From positions 113,522,001-113,586,000 of the forward strand of contig CM069136.1 of the NCBI GenBank assembly GCA_035221665.1: a DNA stretch of 64,000 nucleotides, written 5' to 3'. This document shows positions 49,522-63,600 of the stretch, in pieces; the first letter of the stretch is position 1, and each line of letters opens with the position of its first letter. Position numbers and translations under genes: made by a program. This DNA comes from Okamejei kenojei (Eukaryota). The notes under the pieces are model-generated. The model was not told the DNA's origin. It worked only from the letters and a program-made list of their open reading frames with translations, and searched no databases.

Positions 49522-52500
49522 ACGTGTTCAGGTGTATTCGCTGATATCGTTATTATTTTAGGCCCTGATAATTCCTCGCTGCTTTTGGTCTATGTTCCAT
49601 TTGTTGGAGTTCTGCTCAGCCACTTCTCTGAATGCTGTTCCATATAATTTATAATAGATTTGGGGGGAGTTGTCGCTGTGAGCCATCAGCAGTTTCCTTA
49701 AAGTCCATGCAAACACACAGAATGGTGAACCGACTTACCTTCAGCAACTCAGGGAGATTTCATTAATTTTATTTTTGTTTAATTTACCTGTTACCCATCC
49801 GAGTAAATATTCGCGCACAGTTTTCTTTCACAGCGGGAATTGGCGATTTAATGAATTATCGGATGTTTTATTTTTGGACGGTTGCTTGATCTGAAACATA
49901 GGTTTGAAAACAAGTTAGAAGTATCAAATTGTATAAAACGGTGGGATTGGTTTATAATCATAAGAGAGAGAGAGTGGGGACGCGGGGGCGGGATTCAGTC
50001 ACCGTTAATTAGTTCCTGCATATGGAATTGTTAAAATGTCCACAATTGGATGGAAATAGAGGTGGAATTCATTATCGCCCAGTTACAATACCAGACACGT
50101 GTAAGAAGTGTTATCGTTTGCGTGTTGGCTGACGACAAGGAATGGGCTCAGATTTGAGTTTAGGTTTCTGGCATGGGGGAGGTTATGTGTTCACTATAAA
50201 ATCCGATTAAACGCCGCATCTGCTACTTGTTACATAGTCTGAGAGGAAAATGTGGCATTTATTTCCATACGCTTTCGAATTCGAACAAAAAAAAAGATCA
50301 GGAGCAGGAGCTGTGGAACGGTTTATGATACATATTAAAAAGTGGAAATGCTACCCGCGTTTCCCTTTTTTCAATTACACGGGCGCACATTTGGCGGCGA
50401 AACAAAACAACCTCGCGGGTTCTTGTTTACGCTCTGAGACTGACGGCGACGACCGAAGGAAAGTAAGTTCAAACACGTTCAACTTCCGCCCTGTCCTTGA
50501 AACGAGCACAATCGCATAAAACACAGCAAGCAGTTTCTCCCCTCGCAGCCAGCAATGTGGATTGCCCACGGGCACAGAATACATTTTCAGAGAATACAGG
50601 TTTCAAGATCGTTTCTGTAAGTCTGAAAAACACAACAAAACAAATAAACTTTTTTTTAATCTTTGCGAGCACAGAAACTTGATGTGGTAGATATGGGAAG
50701 CAAAAACAAACAAGGATTTGTTTGAGTGAACAAGACCACAAGCCAAGACAAACGAGGGTTTGATCGGAGGCACTTGAACTTGACTTTACCTCACTCGGGG
50801 CTATTCTCGTTCATTGTTTACATTTGGAGTCGCATGTCACACGTTTAAACAGAGTTGTTCCGTCTCACCGCTCCTCTATTTTCTGTACAATGTGCGTTGC
50901 GTTTAGAGAATTTCCGTTAGCAAGCGGCTGGTGCGGCTTCACTACAGGTTAGTTAGGTAACAACGTTGCACACTAAATGCTTCCCACGTCACACCTTCCA
51001 ACACCACCAAATAAATATCAGGAGTTTATGCCAAGATCAACTTGCTGGGAAATTTATGTACCTTTTTGTTCGGTTTGCTTCGATGTCTAGTGACAGGTTT
51101 TGCCTAAAAGCGCAGACGGAAATCCTGACCGCGTTATTTATTGGCAAAATGTATATTGGGACCGACACGAAGACAAATTGAGACGTAAAATGAATCTCAA
51201 AAGCGACTGTAAATGTGATACAACTCAGAATAACGCGGAAATGTCAATAGTTTTCCATTACGCGAAAGCTATTAAACTGGGACATGCATATCGGTGAACT
51301 AACTTTTATTGTTTAAATATGCAGAGGTTACAAAGATTTTGGAAGTGAATAGAATTTGAAATCGGATAATCAGCGCTTTCAAGAGAACAAGGTGTCTGAA
51401 ACTACAATGTGTGGTTCTCACAGTCCAATATCACCAGTGATGATAACGCTGAAACGTTACAATATAATCTTATAAAGAGATCATTAAATGGTCTATAAAT
51501 TACCGATAGAGACCCACCTGAGGGCAGAGTGACTGCTGTATTGATAATTACATAGGGATATGGCGAGATCCTGTCAATCGAAATGGCAGCTCATAAATTA
51601 TAAAGCTACCCTAATAAACATTCAATTGTGGCTCTCGAATCAGCAGATTTTATGGTACGTTTCAAAGTTATAAGGCAATTTTAAGAAATAATTCAATTGA
51701 CCCTGCTATTAATGATTAACAATATTGGGTTAACGTTACATTAAGAACCACAATTGATGAGGTGGGTTGAAGTGGCTTTGTTTTTATCTTACAGTTAGAT
51801 ATATTTGCATTCTACAATGAATCAGCTTGAGGTACAGACACCAAACGGGCATTTCAAAGGCTGGGATTATAAAGGCGCTCAACAAATCTATATTTTGAAA
51901 AAATATCTTTAACATTGGTGTACTTATCAAATGCCAATGAACGCAATTTGCGCGTTATTTTCTGACTATCGATCAAGTTGTGTTAACCAATACAATATTT
52001 TTTATATGTTCGTCAAACGGGACACCAGTGAGTAGTAAAGCATAATTTCGCATAATAAAGTTATATAAAAAGCCAGCAAAGGGAACGAATCGTGGAGCGA
52101 TTTGGAATGTCCCTAGATTGTCAACTGCGACAGTTTTCATCACCTGTGTAAAGTAGCCCAGAGTCATACAATTAAGAACTCGATAATATATATGGGAAAG
52201 ATTGACATTGTATATCTCTTGTTCACACGCACACGAGGAAATATAATTACAAAGTATTATGTATTAATATTGGAAGTAAAATTGCAAGTATTAATCCAAA
52301 TGAAACCGCCCTCTATTATATTTAACAGTTCTTTAGGGATTGACTAGGTACGAATCAATATTACGTCGCATTGGTAGGATGTGGAGTAATGTTATAACTC
52401 TGGATATAACTTTTAATATTTCAGCTTAGCGTTCCTGCAAGCTTAGAAGGCAATATTCAAATTATATTGTTCATTCATATTTCCAGTTTTCCACGTATTT

Positions 52501-54976
52501 ACCCATGAGTAAAATTAATAATAAGCTAATGACTGCATTTATTACAGGATTAGCGATGGTTCATTCTGTTTTACATTAATGGCTTACTATGTACTTGTGT
52601 CGATCTAAGTGTGAGAGTGGGAGTAATTTGGTTACTGAAGTTCCACCAATTAAAATGATCACAACCTTGTGTTCGTTAGCGTACAAATTATTTTCCTTGG
52701 AAAATAAATTAATCTCTTTGACTACTCTATTATGCAATCGCCACTCGTTAATTAAAATGTGACAAAGGTTCGTCGCAAAAAGGTATTACTTTACGTCGAT
52801 GGTGTGAATTAAGAAAATCTTTCGATTGTTGAAGGAGGGTTTAAAAAAAACTCCCGTTGACACCGGGGATGCGGAAAAAAATAAGGATGATTATGAAGAT
52901 GAAAAACGGCCAGAATAATGTTGATGGAGTAAATAGTGATGATGGTGATGATCTGACGACTACAGTAGGAGTCAAAGGCCAACCCCTCGCCGTGTCCAGC
53001 TATCTGATCACTCCTGACGCAAGCTGTTATGATATTGATACAAGATAGAAAAAGGGCGATATGATCGGAGGTTGAGGAGATTCTGATGATTTTTAATGCC
53101 AGAGCAGATTTAATTATCCAATTATATTATGTCCCGAATAATCCTTTGTGGAGGATGGCTCGGATTTCTACTATTTTTCTCAAAACTCATACAGTAAACT
53201 ACATATTTTAAAATTCGAGGATCGTTCAACATTTGACGCCGAATTCAAAGTATCAGGTGCACAGAACACTAACCCGAGACCCGTCTGGGAATTCTCGTTC
53301 CATCCAGGCATTTGATTATATTTTGTTATAAGTTGTCACACGCATAAAGGTATAGATAGACATTTAGCTATGACAAAAAGTAATTGCCTGTGCAACAGGT
53401 AGATTGCTTTTCTTGAGGTCATAGTATCCTACGCTTCCTTTCATTTTGAACAAAGGTGTTTACTTACACTGACCATGTCGCACTGTTTTGAAAGTAAGGA
53501 ACTTTGTTCATAGGTTTAAACGTTTCACATTCACTGTTTCTGTTACAATCGTCTGTAGTTTTGCGGCAATGCTATTTGCAGCGTTCGTGCTCGTACCTTT
53601 AAAATGAGTGAAATGGACAGCGCAAATAGCAGAAATTGGTACAGATTCTGTAGTTGATAATATATTTTATGAATAACCAGCACATTGCGTTTTTCTTAAT
53701 CAGACGTAAGTACAGTTATTCAATTGACAAATTACAGGTTACTAGTCAGTATTTTCATCGATTCACTCAAGTTTCAAAGCTTGGTGGTGGGAAATCGCTC
53801 CGCTTCCAAATTAACTTGACATTGAATTTCTGAGAGCAAGCACTCCGGTGCACCAGCATTTCATAATAAGGTGAATTAGTCCTGATGGTTGCATAGTTTC
53901 GGGCTGAAGTTTCTCGCAGTCTGCTCTCGGCGAACTGGCATAGAAAAGGCGAGAACCCCGCCATGCCCGAATTTCCATTGCAAAGCGAAAAATATGTTTC
54001 CCGATTATATTTGTCAGACCACGGGACATTTTCATTTCGTGAATGCGACGACGCGAAAATCAAATGAAATCTGAATCACAATTTGGATGCCATTGTTTGC
54101 CGACTGATTCTAACACAAGAATCACGAACGGATTCTGGCGATGGAGTTTGAAATGCTTCAGTCCATTCTCAGGCGCACAGCTTAGCTTATCGCTGATGGC
54201 CACGCTGTGGTTCACATTTTAACACGATACACACATTTCCAAAAAATGAGGATTTTCTCCAATAATATATTATCAGTGCTCTATTCTGATCTCCCTAACA
54301 GAGTGTAAAGTGAAACGGCCAGTTTCCTTCACACGAGATACATACACAGTTCACTGGAAAAACTCCGACGTTTAGAACATTAACGGTCTTATGATGTATT
54401 CATTCCACAACAGACACATTGCTAGGAGAATTTAAAGAACGATTTCATATTTTATTCGAATTGAAATCAAATCGACAATAACTAACAAGAGCATAGAGTT
54501 TCATCTAATGGCTCGGTAGCAGTTGCTAAAATGTGATTATTGTTTGCTCATATCTCTTGACACTGTAAAGCCACATTTCGAATCCTTTGTTTTTTTTATA
54601 TAGTTTTGTTCAGACTGTCTAAAATCGTTACTGTTTCGGAATGGGGCGGGATGGTCAATGGCCAGTCTTGAAAACAAGCGGAAAATAAACGACAATCAAC
54701 AAGTTCGGTTGCGGCAAAGTGTGTGGCTGGCTTTGGCTGTTCGCAACAAGAATCAAACACCCCCTTAGACAAAGACGCATTGCAAATAAATGCCAGAGAG
54801 CAAGCAAAATCTTTTATGCAACTTATTTATCTGTAATACGTACTATCTCACGCGCCGGACTTTAATCTGGTTAACATATTTATTGGAAATCCGTGAAATA
54901 TGCTGTTCAGCGATCTTGGTGCCCGAATGTTCACATTTAAAAATATACAAATGCATGCTTTTAAAGTAATTGTTAT

Positions 54977-55104
54977 AAGAAGGGTCTCGACCCGAAACGT
55001 TACCCATTTCATCTCTCCAGAGATGCTGCCTGTTCCGCTGAGTTACTCCAGCTTTTTTGTGTCTATCTTCGGTTTAAGCCAGCATCTGCAGTTCCTTGTT
55101 ACAC
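54977..55104 (+). repeat. Penelope-type repeat, hammerhead core 5'-clipped
   Basis: AAGAAGGGTCTCGACCCGAAACGTTA..CAGCATCTGCAGTTCC. Confidence 0.75.
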
Positions 55105-56829
55105 ATTTTAGAACAGAATTCTTTCTATGTAAGAAATGTGAGATGGTTTTCTAAATTTAGCCGAAGTTACTTTGCGGAATTTGCACTTTTTTTTGTTCTT
55201 GAGAATTCCTCTTTTTTGTGTGACAAAACGTCCACAAGGATTTAAGTGGCCGAACTGCGATTTCAGATGACAGACTTTAGCGGCAACCCCCGCTCAGCTG
55301 CTTTGTATAGCTATTATTTCCAGTAATGTCTCGGTCATTCTCCGGCCGAGCTTTCATTGTATCCGATGATTGCTGTTGGAAAAACTCCGGGCCAAAAATA
55401 GACTGGAAAGGTGTGGACATAACGCTTTTTTCTTTGCTTCAGTAACAAGGCAAACTCACAGTGTCGATTTTTGAAAAAGAGAGTTGAATTATTTTCGCCT
55501 TGCTTTACTTGTCTAAATCTGGATATACGAGATCACATTCTTCACAAATAGCTGATCAAGACGCATTCAAATACATGCTTGTTACGAGACACATATCGGT
55601 CCAGTAAATCATATTTTACAAATCTTCCTTATTTTCTTTCCTATGCCAGTTCTAACCTAGAAACATATTGTCGGACTTGAATTTGTAAAGCTAACTCCTC
55701 CTGATGTGTTTCCTGCAAAAAATGGATTTTCTAAGCCGAAACTGAAAAATATATATTCCACATTATCGAAACAGGAATTGCTGATGTTATCGCATTTAAT
55801 CAATATTGGGGAATTAATATAACAATTCCAAACTTAACTTAAACCAAATGTATTAAGCACCAAAAAGAGTTTTAATAATAGAACCTGCTATTTGTACAGC
55901 TTGCAGCGCGAGAAGGCTTATTCACAGCGAAGCTATAAGAGAATGTGTTATTTGCAATCCAATACTTTTGCACAATTGTCATTGAGTGCTCAATACTTCA
56001 GGGCAGACTGTTCGACTGCAGAACTACGTTTTAATTATGATGCCTTTTGCCAGTTTAGTGTAAAACCGAATTTTATTTTACATCGGGTCAAACCGAATAG
56101 TCGGGATCAGCGAAATCATCGGGGACGTCCGTGAAACCAAATCTCAACACGACACGAAAAGGAAAACAAAACTGACGGAAATTAAATAAAAAACAACTCG
56201 CGTGGTTTGCTGGCTTAAGAGTTCGCCTTCTCTCCAATCCCCACCGCAGTTTTTAGATCTTATTTACCCCCATGGCAAAGGAGGCGCTGCAAGAGAAATA
56301 TTTAGCCTTTAAAAATATTCGTCTTTTATGTTTATAATGTAATCTGCTTTCAACACGTAAGTATTATCAGTGGCCTCATAAAACCCCAAAATGCCGCGTT
56401 AAGAAATGGACTGTTTTGTTCCGTTGTTGTTGTTTTGTTCCGTTGTAGTGCTTCTACCACCTCGAGTACATTTGGGATAACTGGCACTTTTAGTTAAGGG
56501 TAATTGATTGTGATTAACCCAGAACTCGCTGCAACAAATGATATGTGACAATAACACAAATACATTTTGGGGGAAGCGAAAAGAACAATAGGGAGGAAGA
56601 AGGTGAGTTGAATTAAGACGAGAAGAGGCTTGCAGGGAGAATGAATCCAAGCGTGCAACATTGGGCCGAATAGCCTTCTTCTGTGCCAGACATTTCCTTT
56701 ATGTGATTGATTGCTTTCTTTAAATTGACAGCACAAATAGCAATTATTAGCCCTCTTGAAGACATTTGTACGCGTGACATCTAAAAAAAGACAAATTTTC
56801 TGTTTGACAATTTGATGGGCATCACATTG

Positions 56830-57040
56830 GTCATGGATTCACAGAGGAATACAGCACAGAGGTAAGCCCTTCAGTCCAACTTGTCCGTGCTCATCCCATT
56901 TGCCTGCGCTTGGCCCATATCACTCTAAACCTTTTCTATCCATGTCCCCGTCCAAATGGCTTTTAAAAGTTGTATTTGTACCTGCCCCTACTACTTCCTC
57001 TGGCAGAGTGTTGTTCCACATACTTACCAGCTTTTGTGAA
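56830..57040 (-). mobile_element. Degenerate CR1 3' end
   Basis: Antisense CR1 tail motifs (ACAGCACAG..GCCCTTCAG..CCCATTTGCCTGC). Confidence 0.6.
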
Positions 57041-57959
57041 TGCTCACCAACAGACTAATGCTGCATTCTAGAGTTTGTATAAAAGGATATGGATTTTTGG
57101 CCTGGATAAAATGGTGCATTTATTTTCTGATTTCACGTGGCATTATGAAATATGTTACGGCTTGTGGCTGAAGTCTAAATTAGATCACCACTATTGTTTG
57201 AAAAGTGTAGATACATAACAATGTCAGTTCAAATGCAATACGTTGCAATAATGGTATAGTTGGAAGAAAATCAGAAAATTCAGGAAATACTCAACAAGTC
57301 AATCAGCATATATGGAGGGAGAAACAGAGTTAGTTATTGTTGATGGTCTGTCACTGCAATTGGAGAAAATATAAGAATCCATTTTATTTTAGGCATTTGC
57401 TGAGTAAGGAAGCTAAAAAAAGGCATAAAGCAAGGAATGTCTGTTTTTGACAGAGAGCAGATGAGATGATGTGTTATCAGGAATGGTGGTCAAGGCAAAA
57501 TATATGGGTAGTGGTAGATAAGGAAATATATAGTGGATTAAGAGATGTGAAGATTGGAATTTGTTTTTTAAAATGTCAGTATTTCAATATATTTGTACAC
57601 ATGATTGTTAACAGATTCGCACTTGAGCAGTCAATAAAATACTTTATTAATTTGCAGGGCTTGAGTGTCAATAACAAGGTTTCATTAATGATTAATGCTT
57701 GTTATTGACCCATAAGTCATTGCAACACACATATTGAGGGAAAGCCCACAATGCAGTTAGATATGGAGTGCTTACATTTTGACTCAGCAGTAGCGAAGGG
57801 ATGCAATATACTTCATATTAAGAACAATGTGTGACAAGGAGGCAAACCTACAAGTGGTAGCAGCACCAGTTGTCCTTTCAAGTGAAAAAAAGTTGAAAGA
57901 AGTGGTGCAGAGAGGGTTGTCATTTTGCAACAATGCACCTTGTAGATGATGCTGAAGCT

Positions 57960-58750
57960 AGAGCATAAATAGGCTAGGACACTATTTCTAGGAGCACAGG
58001 AAGATGAGGGGCGATTCTATAGATGAGTATTCGATCATGAGGGGAATAGATAAGGTAAATGCACAGAAACATAGAAAATAGGTGCAGGAGTAGGCCATTC
58101 GGCCTTTCGAGCCTGCACCACCATTCAATATGATCATGGCTGATCATCCAACTCAGTATCCTGTACCTGCCTTCTCTCCATACCCCCTGATCCCTTTAGC
58201 CACAAGGACCACATCTAACTCCCTCTTAAATATAGCCAATGAACTGGCCTCAACTACCTTCTGTGGCAGAGAATTCCAGAGACCCACCAATCTCTGTGTG
58301 AAAAATATTTTTCTCATCTCGGTCCTAAAAGATTTCCCCCTTATCCTTAAACTGTGACCTCTTGTCCTGGACTTCCCAAACATCGGGAACAATCTACCTG
58401 CATCTAGCCTGTCCAACCCCTTAAGAATTTTGTAAGTTTCCATAAGACCCCCCCTCAATCTTCTAAATTCCAGCAAATATTTTATCTAGAGTAAGGGAAT
58501 CAAGAACCATAGGGTTAAGGTGAAGGGGGGGTGGGGGGTGGTTTAGTAGGAACCCGAGGGGCATTTCATACAAAGGGAATATGCCAGAAGATGTAGATGT
58601 GGCAGGTACTATCACAACATTTAAAATACATTTGGACAGGTACATGTATAGGAAAGGTTTAGAAAGATATTACAGAAAGCTAGGTGGGGCTAGTGTAGTT
58701 AGGACATCTTGACTGGCATGTGCTAGTTGGGCCGATGCTGTATGACCCTA
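57960..58750. mobile_element. Old plus-strand CR1 fragment with a minus-strand CR1 family B copy inserted at ~58066-58475
   Basis: ORF 58153-58476 (LEFRRLRGGL..RTRGHSL) interrupts a sense CR1 remnant that resumes after 58476. Confidence 0.85.
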
Positions 58751-58852
58751 TAACTTAAGGATGACAATGGCCTATAGAATATTTTGCACCATTATCCTTA
58801 GGCTTGTAGAACAGCAGAAGGATTTTCTTTCTTTCAGCACATTGCCATGTAA

Positions 58853-60316
58853 TAGAAACATAGAAACATAGAAATTAGGTGCAGGCCCTTTGAGCCAGCA
58901 CCGCCATTCATTGTGATCATGGCTGATCGTCCCCTATCAATAACCCGTACCTGCCTTCTCCCCATATCCCTTGACTCCACTAGCCCCTAGAGCTCTATCT
59001 AACTCTCTCTTAAATCCATCCAGTGACTTGGCCTCCACGGCCCTCTGTGGCAGGGAATTCCATAAATTCAAAACTCTCTGGGTGAAAACGTTTTTTCACC
59101 TCTGTCTTAAAAGACCTCGCCTTTAACCATATAACAATTACAGCACGGAAACAGGCCCTCTCGGCCCTTCCAGTCCGTGCCGACCATTTGTTTTCCCCTA
59201 GTCCCATCTACCTGCACTCATACCATACCCCTCCATTCCCTTCACGTCCATATACCTATCCACTTTACTCTTAAATGTTAAAATCGATCCTGCCTCCACC
59301 ACTTCTGCTGGAAGCTGATTCCACACAGCCACCACCCTCTGAGTAAAGAAGTTCCCCCTCACGTTACCCCGAAACCTCTGTCCCTTAATTCTCATGTCAT
59401 GCCCTCTTGTTTGAATCTTCCCTACCCTCAATGGGAAAAACGTATCCACGTCAACTCTGTCTATCCCTTTCATCATTTTAAAGACCTCAATCAAGTCCCC
59501 CCTTAACCTTCTGCGCTCCAAAGAATAAAGACCTAACTTGTTCAACCTTTCTCTGTAACATAATTGCTGGAACCCTGGCAACATTCTAGTAAATCTCCTC
59601 TGTACTCTCTCTATTTTGTTGACATCCTTACTATAACTAGGCGACCAAAATTGTACACCATACCTCCAGAATTGGTCTTACCAATGCCTTGTACAATTTT
59701 AACATTACTTCCCTACTCCTATATTCAATGCTCTGATTTATAAAGGCCAGCACACCAAAGGCTTTCTTTACCACCCTATCTACATGCACGATTCCACCTT
59801 CAGGGAACTATGCACAGTTATTCCTAGATCCCTCTGTTCCACAGCATTCCTCAATTCCCTACCATTTACCATGTACGTCCATTTTGAAAGAATTTGTCCT
59901 GCCAAGATGTAGCACGTCACACTTATCAGCATTAAACTCCATCTGCCATCTTTTAGCCCACTTTTCCAAATGGCCCAAATGTCTCTGTAGACTTTGAAAA
60001 TCTACTTCATTATCCACAACACCACCTATCTTAGTATCATCTGCATACTTACTTATCCAATTTTCCACCCCATCATCCAGATCATTGATGTACTTGACAA
60101 ACAACAGTGGACCCAACACAGATCCCTGAGGCACCCCACTGGTCACCGGATTCTAAGACCGTGGCCCCTGGTTCTGGACTCACCAAACATTGGGAACATT
60201 TTTCCTGCATCTAGCTTGTCCAGTCCATTTATTTTATATGCTTCTATAAGATCCCCCTTCATCCGTCTAAACTCCAGTGAATACAAGCCTAGTCTTTTCA
60301 ATCTTTCCTCATATGT
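58853..60316 (-). mobile_element. CR1 family B copy split by a family A insertion
   Basis: 58853-59123 joined to 60150-60316 matches the uninterrupted copy at 63601-63990. Confidence 0.88.
59124..60149 (-). mobile_element. CR1 family A 5'-truncated copy nested in a CR1 family B copy
   Basis: Reverse complement of ~13046-14060 with small indels (ORFs 59198-59584 and 59859-60146). Confidence 0.93.
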
Positions 60317-60639
60317 TCCTTTCGATAAGGTTAAGTTGACATCGCCTTGTTGTATCATGTGTTCGCTCGGTATGTTGAGACTTGTTCTGAGTCTTACACA
60401 TACACAATGAATAATTCCAATGTAGACCCAAATCAAGAAAAATTGTTGCAATATTCCGATTCTTTTCTCAATCTTTTTCAGTTGTGGGTGACGACTTTTA
60501 TATTTGAGTTGTAATGCACTTACATTTTGTTGGATGGCCCCTAAGTGGGACTAAATCTCCCTGACGTTTTACGCACGCTTTGATAGGGAGAACACTGATG
60601 TGCCTTACCGAGCCCCTATTCGCCGTGATGATATTTCGG

Positions 60640-62480
60640 TCACAGTCACAGAGGCCAACTTCAGAAGATTCCTTCAGAGGGGTGAATGCTTGGAAAGCGC
60701 CTGGACCTGATGGTATACCCGGCAGTGTTCTAAAAACCTGTGTGGACCAACTGGCTGGAGTTTTTACGGACATTTTCTGAGGTCTGAGGTTCCCACCTGC
60801 TTTAAAGGGGCATCAATAATACCGGTGCCCAAGAAGAGCAAGGTGACGTGCCTCAATGACTATCGACCAGTGGCACTAATGTCTGTGGTGTTGAAGTGCT
60901 TTGAGAGGCTGGTCATGGTGCAAATCAACTCATACTCATCCCACTTCTGACACCATGTAAAGTATGTTCTCAGATACCTTTAGGTCTTCACTACTTTATT
61001 AATCATACATCATATAGCCCTAGCTGTACGTGGTCTGTCACGATCACCATAGAGAGAGCTAGGGGCATGTGGGTTACAATTATACTAACTGGTGGGGCAG
61101 TGGTTAGCATGGACATCGTCACTATAAATTAAAGGTGTATACACATATCATCTACACTCAACAAAGCCTGGACCCACTTACCGCCACAACAGATCAATGG
61201 TGGATGCGATCTCACTGGCTCTCCACTCCGCTCTGGACCACTTGGACAACAAAACTCATATGCCAGGCTGTTATTCAATTACTGCAGCTCGGCATTTAAT
61301 ACCAGCATCCCTTCCAAGCTGGTTACCAAGCTCTCAGATCTCGGTCTCTGTGTAACCCTTTGCAACTCGACTTCCTCATTCACAGACCACAGTCTGTCCG
61401 TATTGGTGGAAATGTGTCATCCTCGATAACAATCAGCACGGGAGCAGTTCAAGGCTGCGTGCTCAGCCCACTGCTGTACTCACTCTATACTCATGACTGT
61501 GTAGCCGGACATAGTGTGAACTCCCTCATCAAGTTTGCCGACGGCACCACTGTTGTGGGACGTATCACTGATGCGGACAAGTCAGAGTATAGAAGAGAGA
61601 TCGACCGATTAACCAAATGGTGCCTGCACAATAACCTGGCTCTCAACACCAGCAAAACTAAGGAACTGATTGTGGACTTCAGAACGGGTAAGATGGGGAC
61701 CCACAGTCCCATTTATATAAACGGGTCAATAGTGGAAAGGGTCAAGAACTTCAAATTCCTGGGCGTGCATATTCCGGGTCCCAGAACACTGATGCAATCA
61801 TAAAGAAAGCACATCAGCATCTCTATGTCCTGAGAAGATTACGGAGAGTCAGTATGTCAAGGAGGACTCTCTCGAACTTCTACAGGTGCACAGTAGAGAG
61901 CATGCTGACCGGTTGCATCGTGGCTTGGTACGGCAACCTGAGCATCCAGGAGCAGAAAAGGCCACAAAAAGTTGTAAACACTGCCCAGTCCATCATCGGC
62001 TCTGACCTCCCTATCATCGAGGGGATCTATCGCAGTCGCTGCCTCATAAATGCTGGCAGCATCATCAAGGACCCACACCATCCTGGCCACACACTCATCT
62101 CTCCGCTGCCTTCAGGTAGAAGGTACAGGAGCCTGAAATCTGCGACATCCAGGTTCAGGAACAGCTTCTTCCCCACAGCCATCTGACTATTAAACACAAC
62201 TTCAAACAAATTCTGAACTATAACAGCCTATTGCACTTTATCTGTTTATTTATGTGTGTATATATATATTTTATGGTATATGGACATACTGATCTGATCT
62301 GTATCTATGCCTTCAATATTCTGTTGTGCCGCAGCAAGCAAGAATTTCATTGTCCTATCTGGGACATATGACAATAAGTGTTAAAGAAGGAACTGCAGAT
62401 GCTGGAGAATCGAGGGTACACAAAAGGCTGGAGAAACTCAGCGGGTGCAGCATATGACAATAAACTCTCTTGACTCTTGA
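60640..62480 (+). mobile_element. Rex1/Babar-like LINE, degenerate and 5'-truncated
   Basis: [73 protein letters not shown], with frameshifts. Ends AATAAACTCTCTTGACTCTTGA. Confidence 0.85.
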
Positions 62481-63377
62481 AAACAGTTACTCTTTCAGCA
62501 AAGAGTAGGTTGCCTTTTCTGGTGCCAATACTGACCCCTCAGTCAATTTAATGGATGTTTGGTCATTAAGTGTTGATTAAGATGAATGATTAAGGCTGAG
62601 CTGGCAGTTGTTAGAGAATAATCAGAGGGACAGATTAGGAGGAGGTAGCACAGTTTTGTACACAAGATATTGCATCTCACAAATGGAATTGATGGATGTA
62701 GTTATAAGAGAGATTGGAGAGAAAGGGAGGAGAAACAATGAACTGCAGATGCTGGTTTACCCAAATGGACACAAAGTGCTGGAGTACACAGCGGTCTAGG
62801 CGGCATCTCTGGAGAACATGGATAGGTGGAGGAAGGAACTGCAGATTCTGGTTAAAACTGAAGATACACACTAAGTACTGGAGTATCTCAGCGGGTCAGG
62901 CAGCATCTCTGGAGGAAAGGGATATGTGACATTTCGGATTTGGACTCTTCTTCAGAATTATCAGACTAAGAAGGGTGGCAGCCCGAAACGTCATCTATTC
63001 ATATTCCTCAGGAGACGCTGTCTGATCCGCTCAGTTACTTTAGCACTTTGCGTTTACCTTTGGTACAAACCAGCATCTGTAGTTTCTTCATCCATCAAAG
63101 TTGGATTCTCCTGAGTTACTCCAGCACTTTATGTACAAACATAGCCTTCTAAAATATAACCCTGAGGACTCTTTAAACTATTTTGCCTAGGAAGGAACTG
63201 CAGATGCTGGTTTACACCAACGTTAGACACAACATATATTTGGAATCATATAGCGGGATAGGCAGCATCTCCGGAGAGAAGGAATGAATAGGAGGGAACT
63301 GCAGATGCTGGTAATACACCGAAGGTAGACACAAAATGCTGGTATAAATCAGTGGGTCAGGCAGCATCTCTGGAGAG
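62378..63377. repeat. Cluster of at least 6 Penelope-type repeat copies, tandem and inverted
   Basis: Repeated GAACTGCAGATGCTGG units at ~62390, 62740, 62837, 63196 and 63296, plus a sense copy at ~62965-63090. Confidence 0.75.
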
Positions 63378-63600
63378 GTCAAGTCAAGTCACTTTTATTT
63401 ATATAGCACATTGAAAAAACAACATTGGCCAAAGTGCTTTACATTGGTGGAGGTACTAACCATTATACAACAGTGGTTCATAGATTAAATACAAACATCA
63501 CTACATGCATATAGCCCTCGCTCAGAGGACGTCAAGAAAGGCTTGGGAGTAGAGATGAGTCTCGACTGAAAGGAGTCGATGGAGGGGGCAGTTCTGATGG
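63378..63600 (-). mobile_element. L2-like LINE 3' end
   Basis: Minus strand reads IRTAPSIDSF..HLYSQAF-like remnant, then AAGCACTTTG..GTGCTATATAAATAAA and a (GACTT)n tail. Confidence 0.6.

Noticed and set aside
62378-63377. Repeated GAACTGCAGATGCTGG units as a CRISPR-like array
   Set aside because: Irregular spacing, related intervening sequence, mixed orientation, eukaryotic context and no cas genes.
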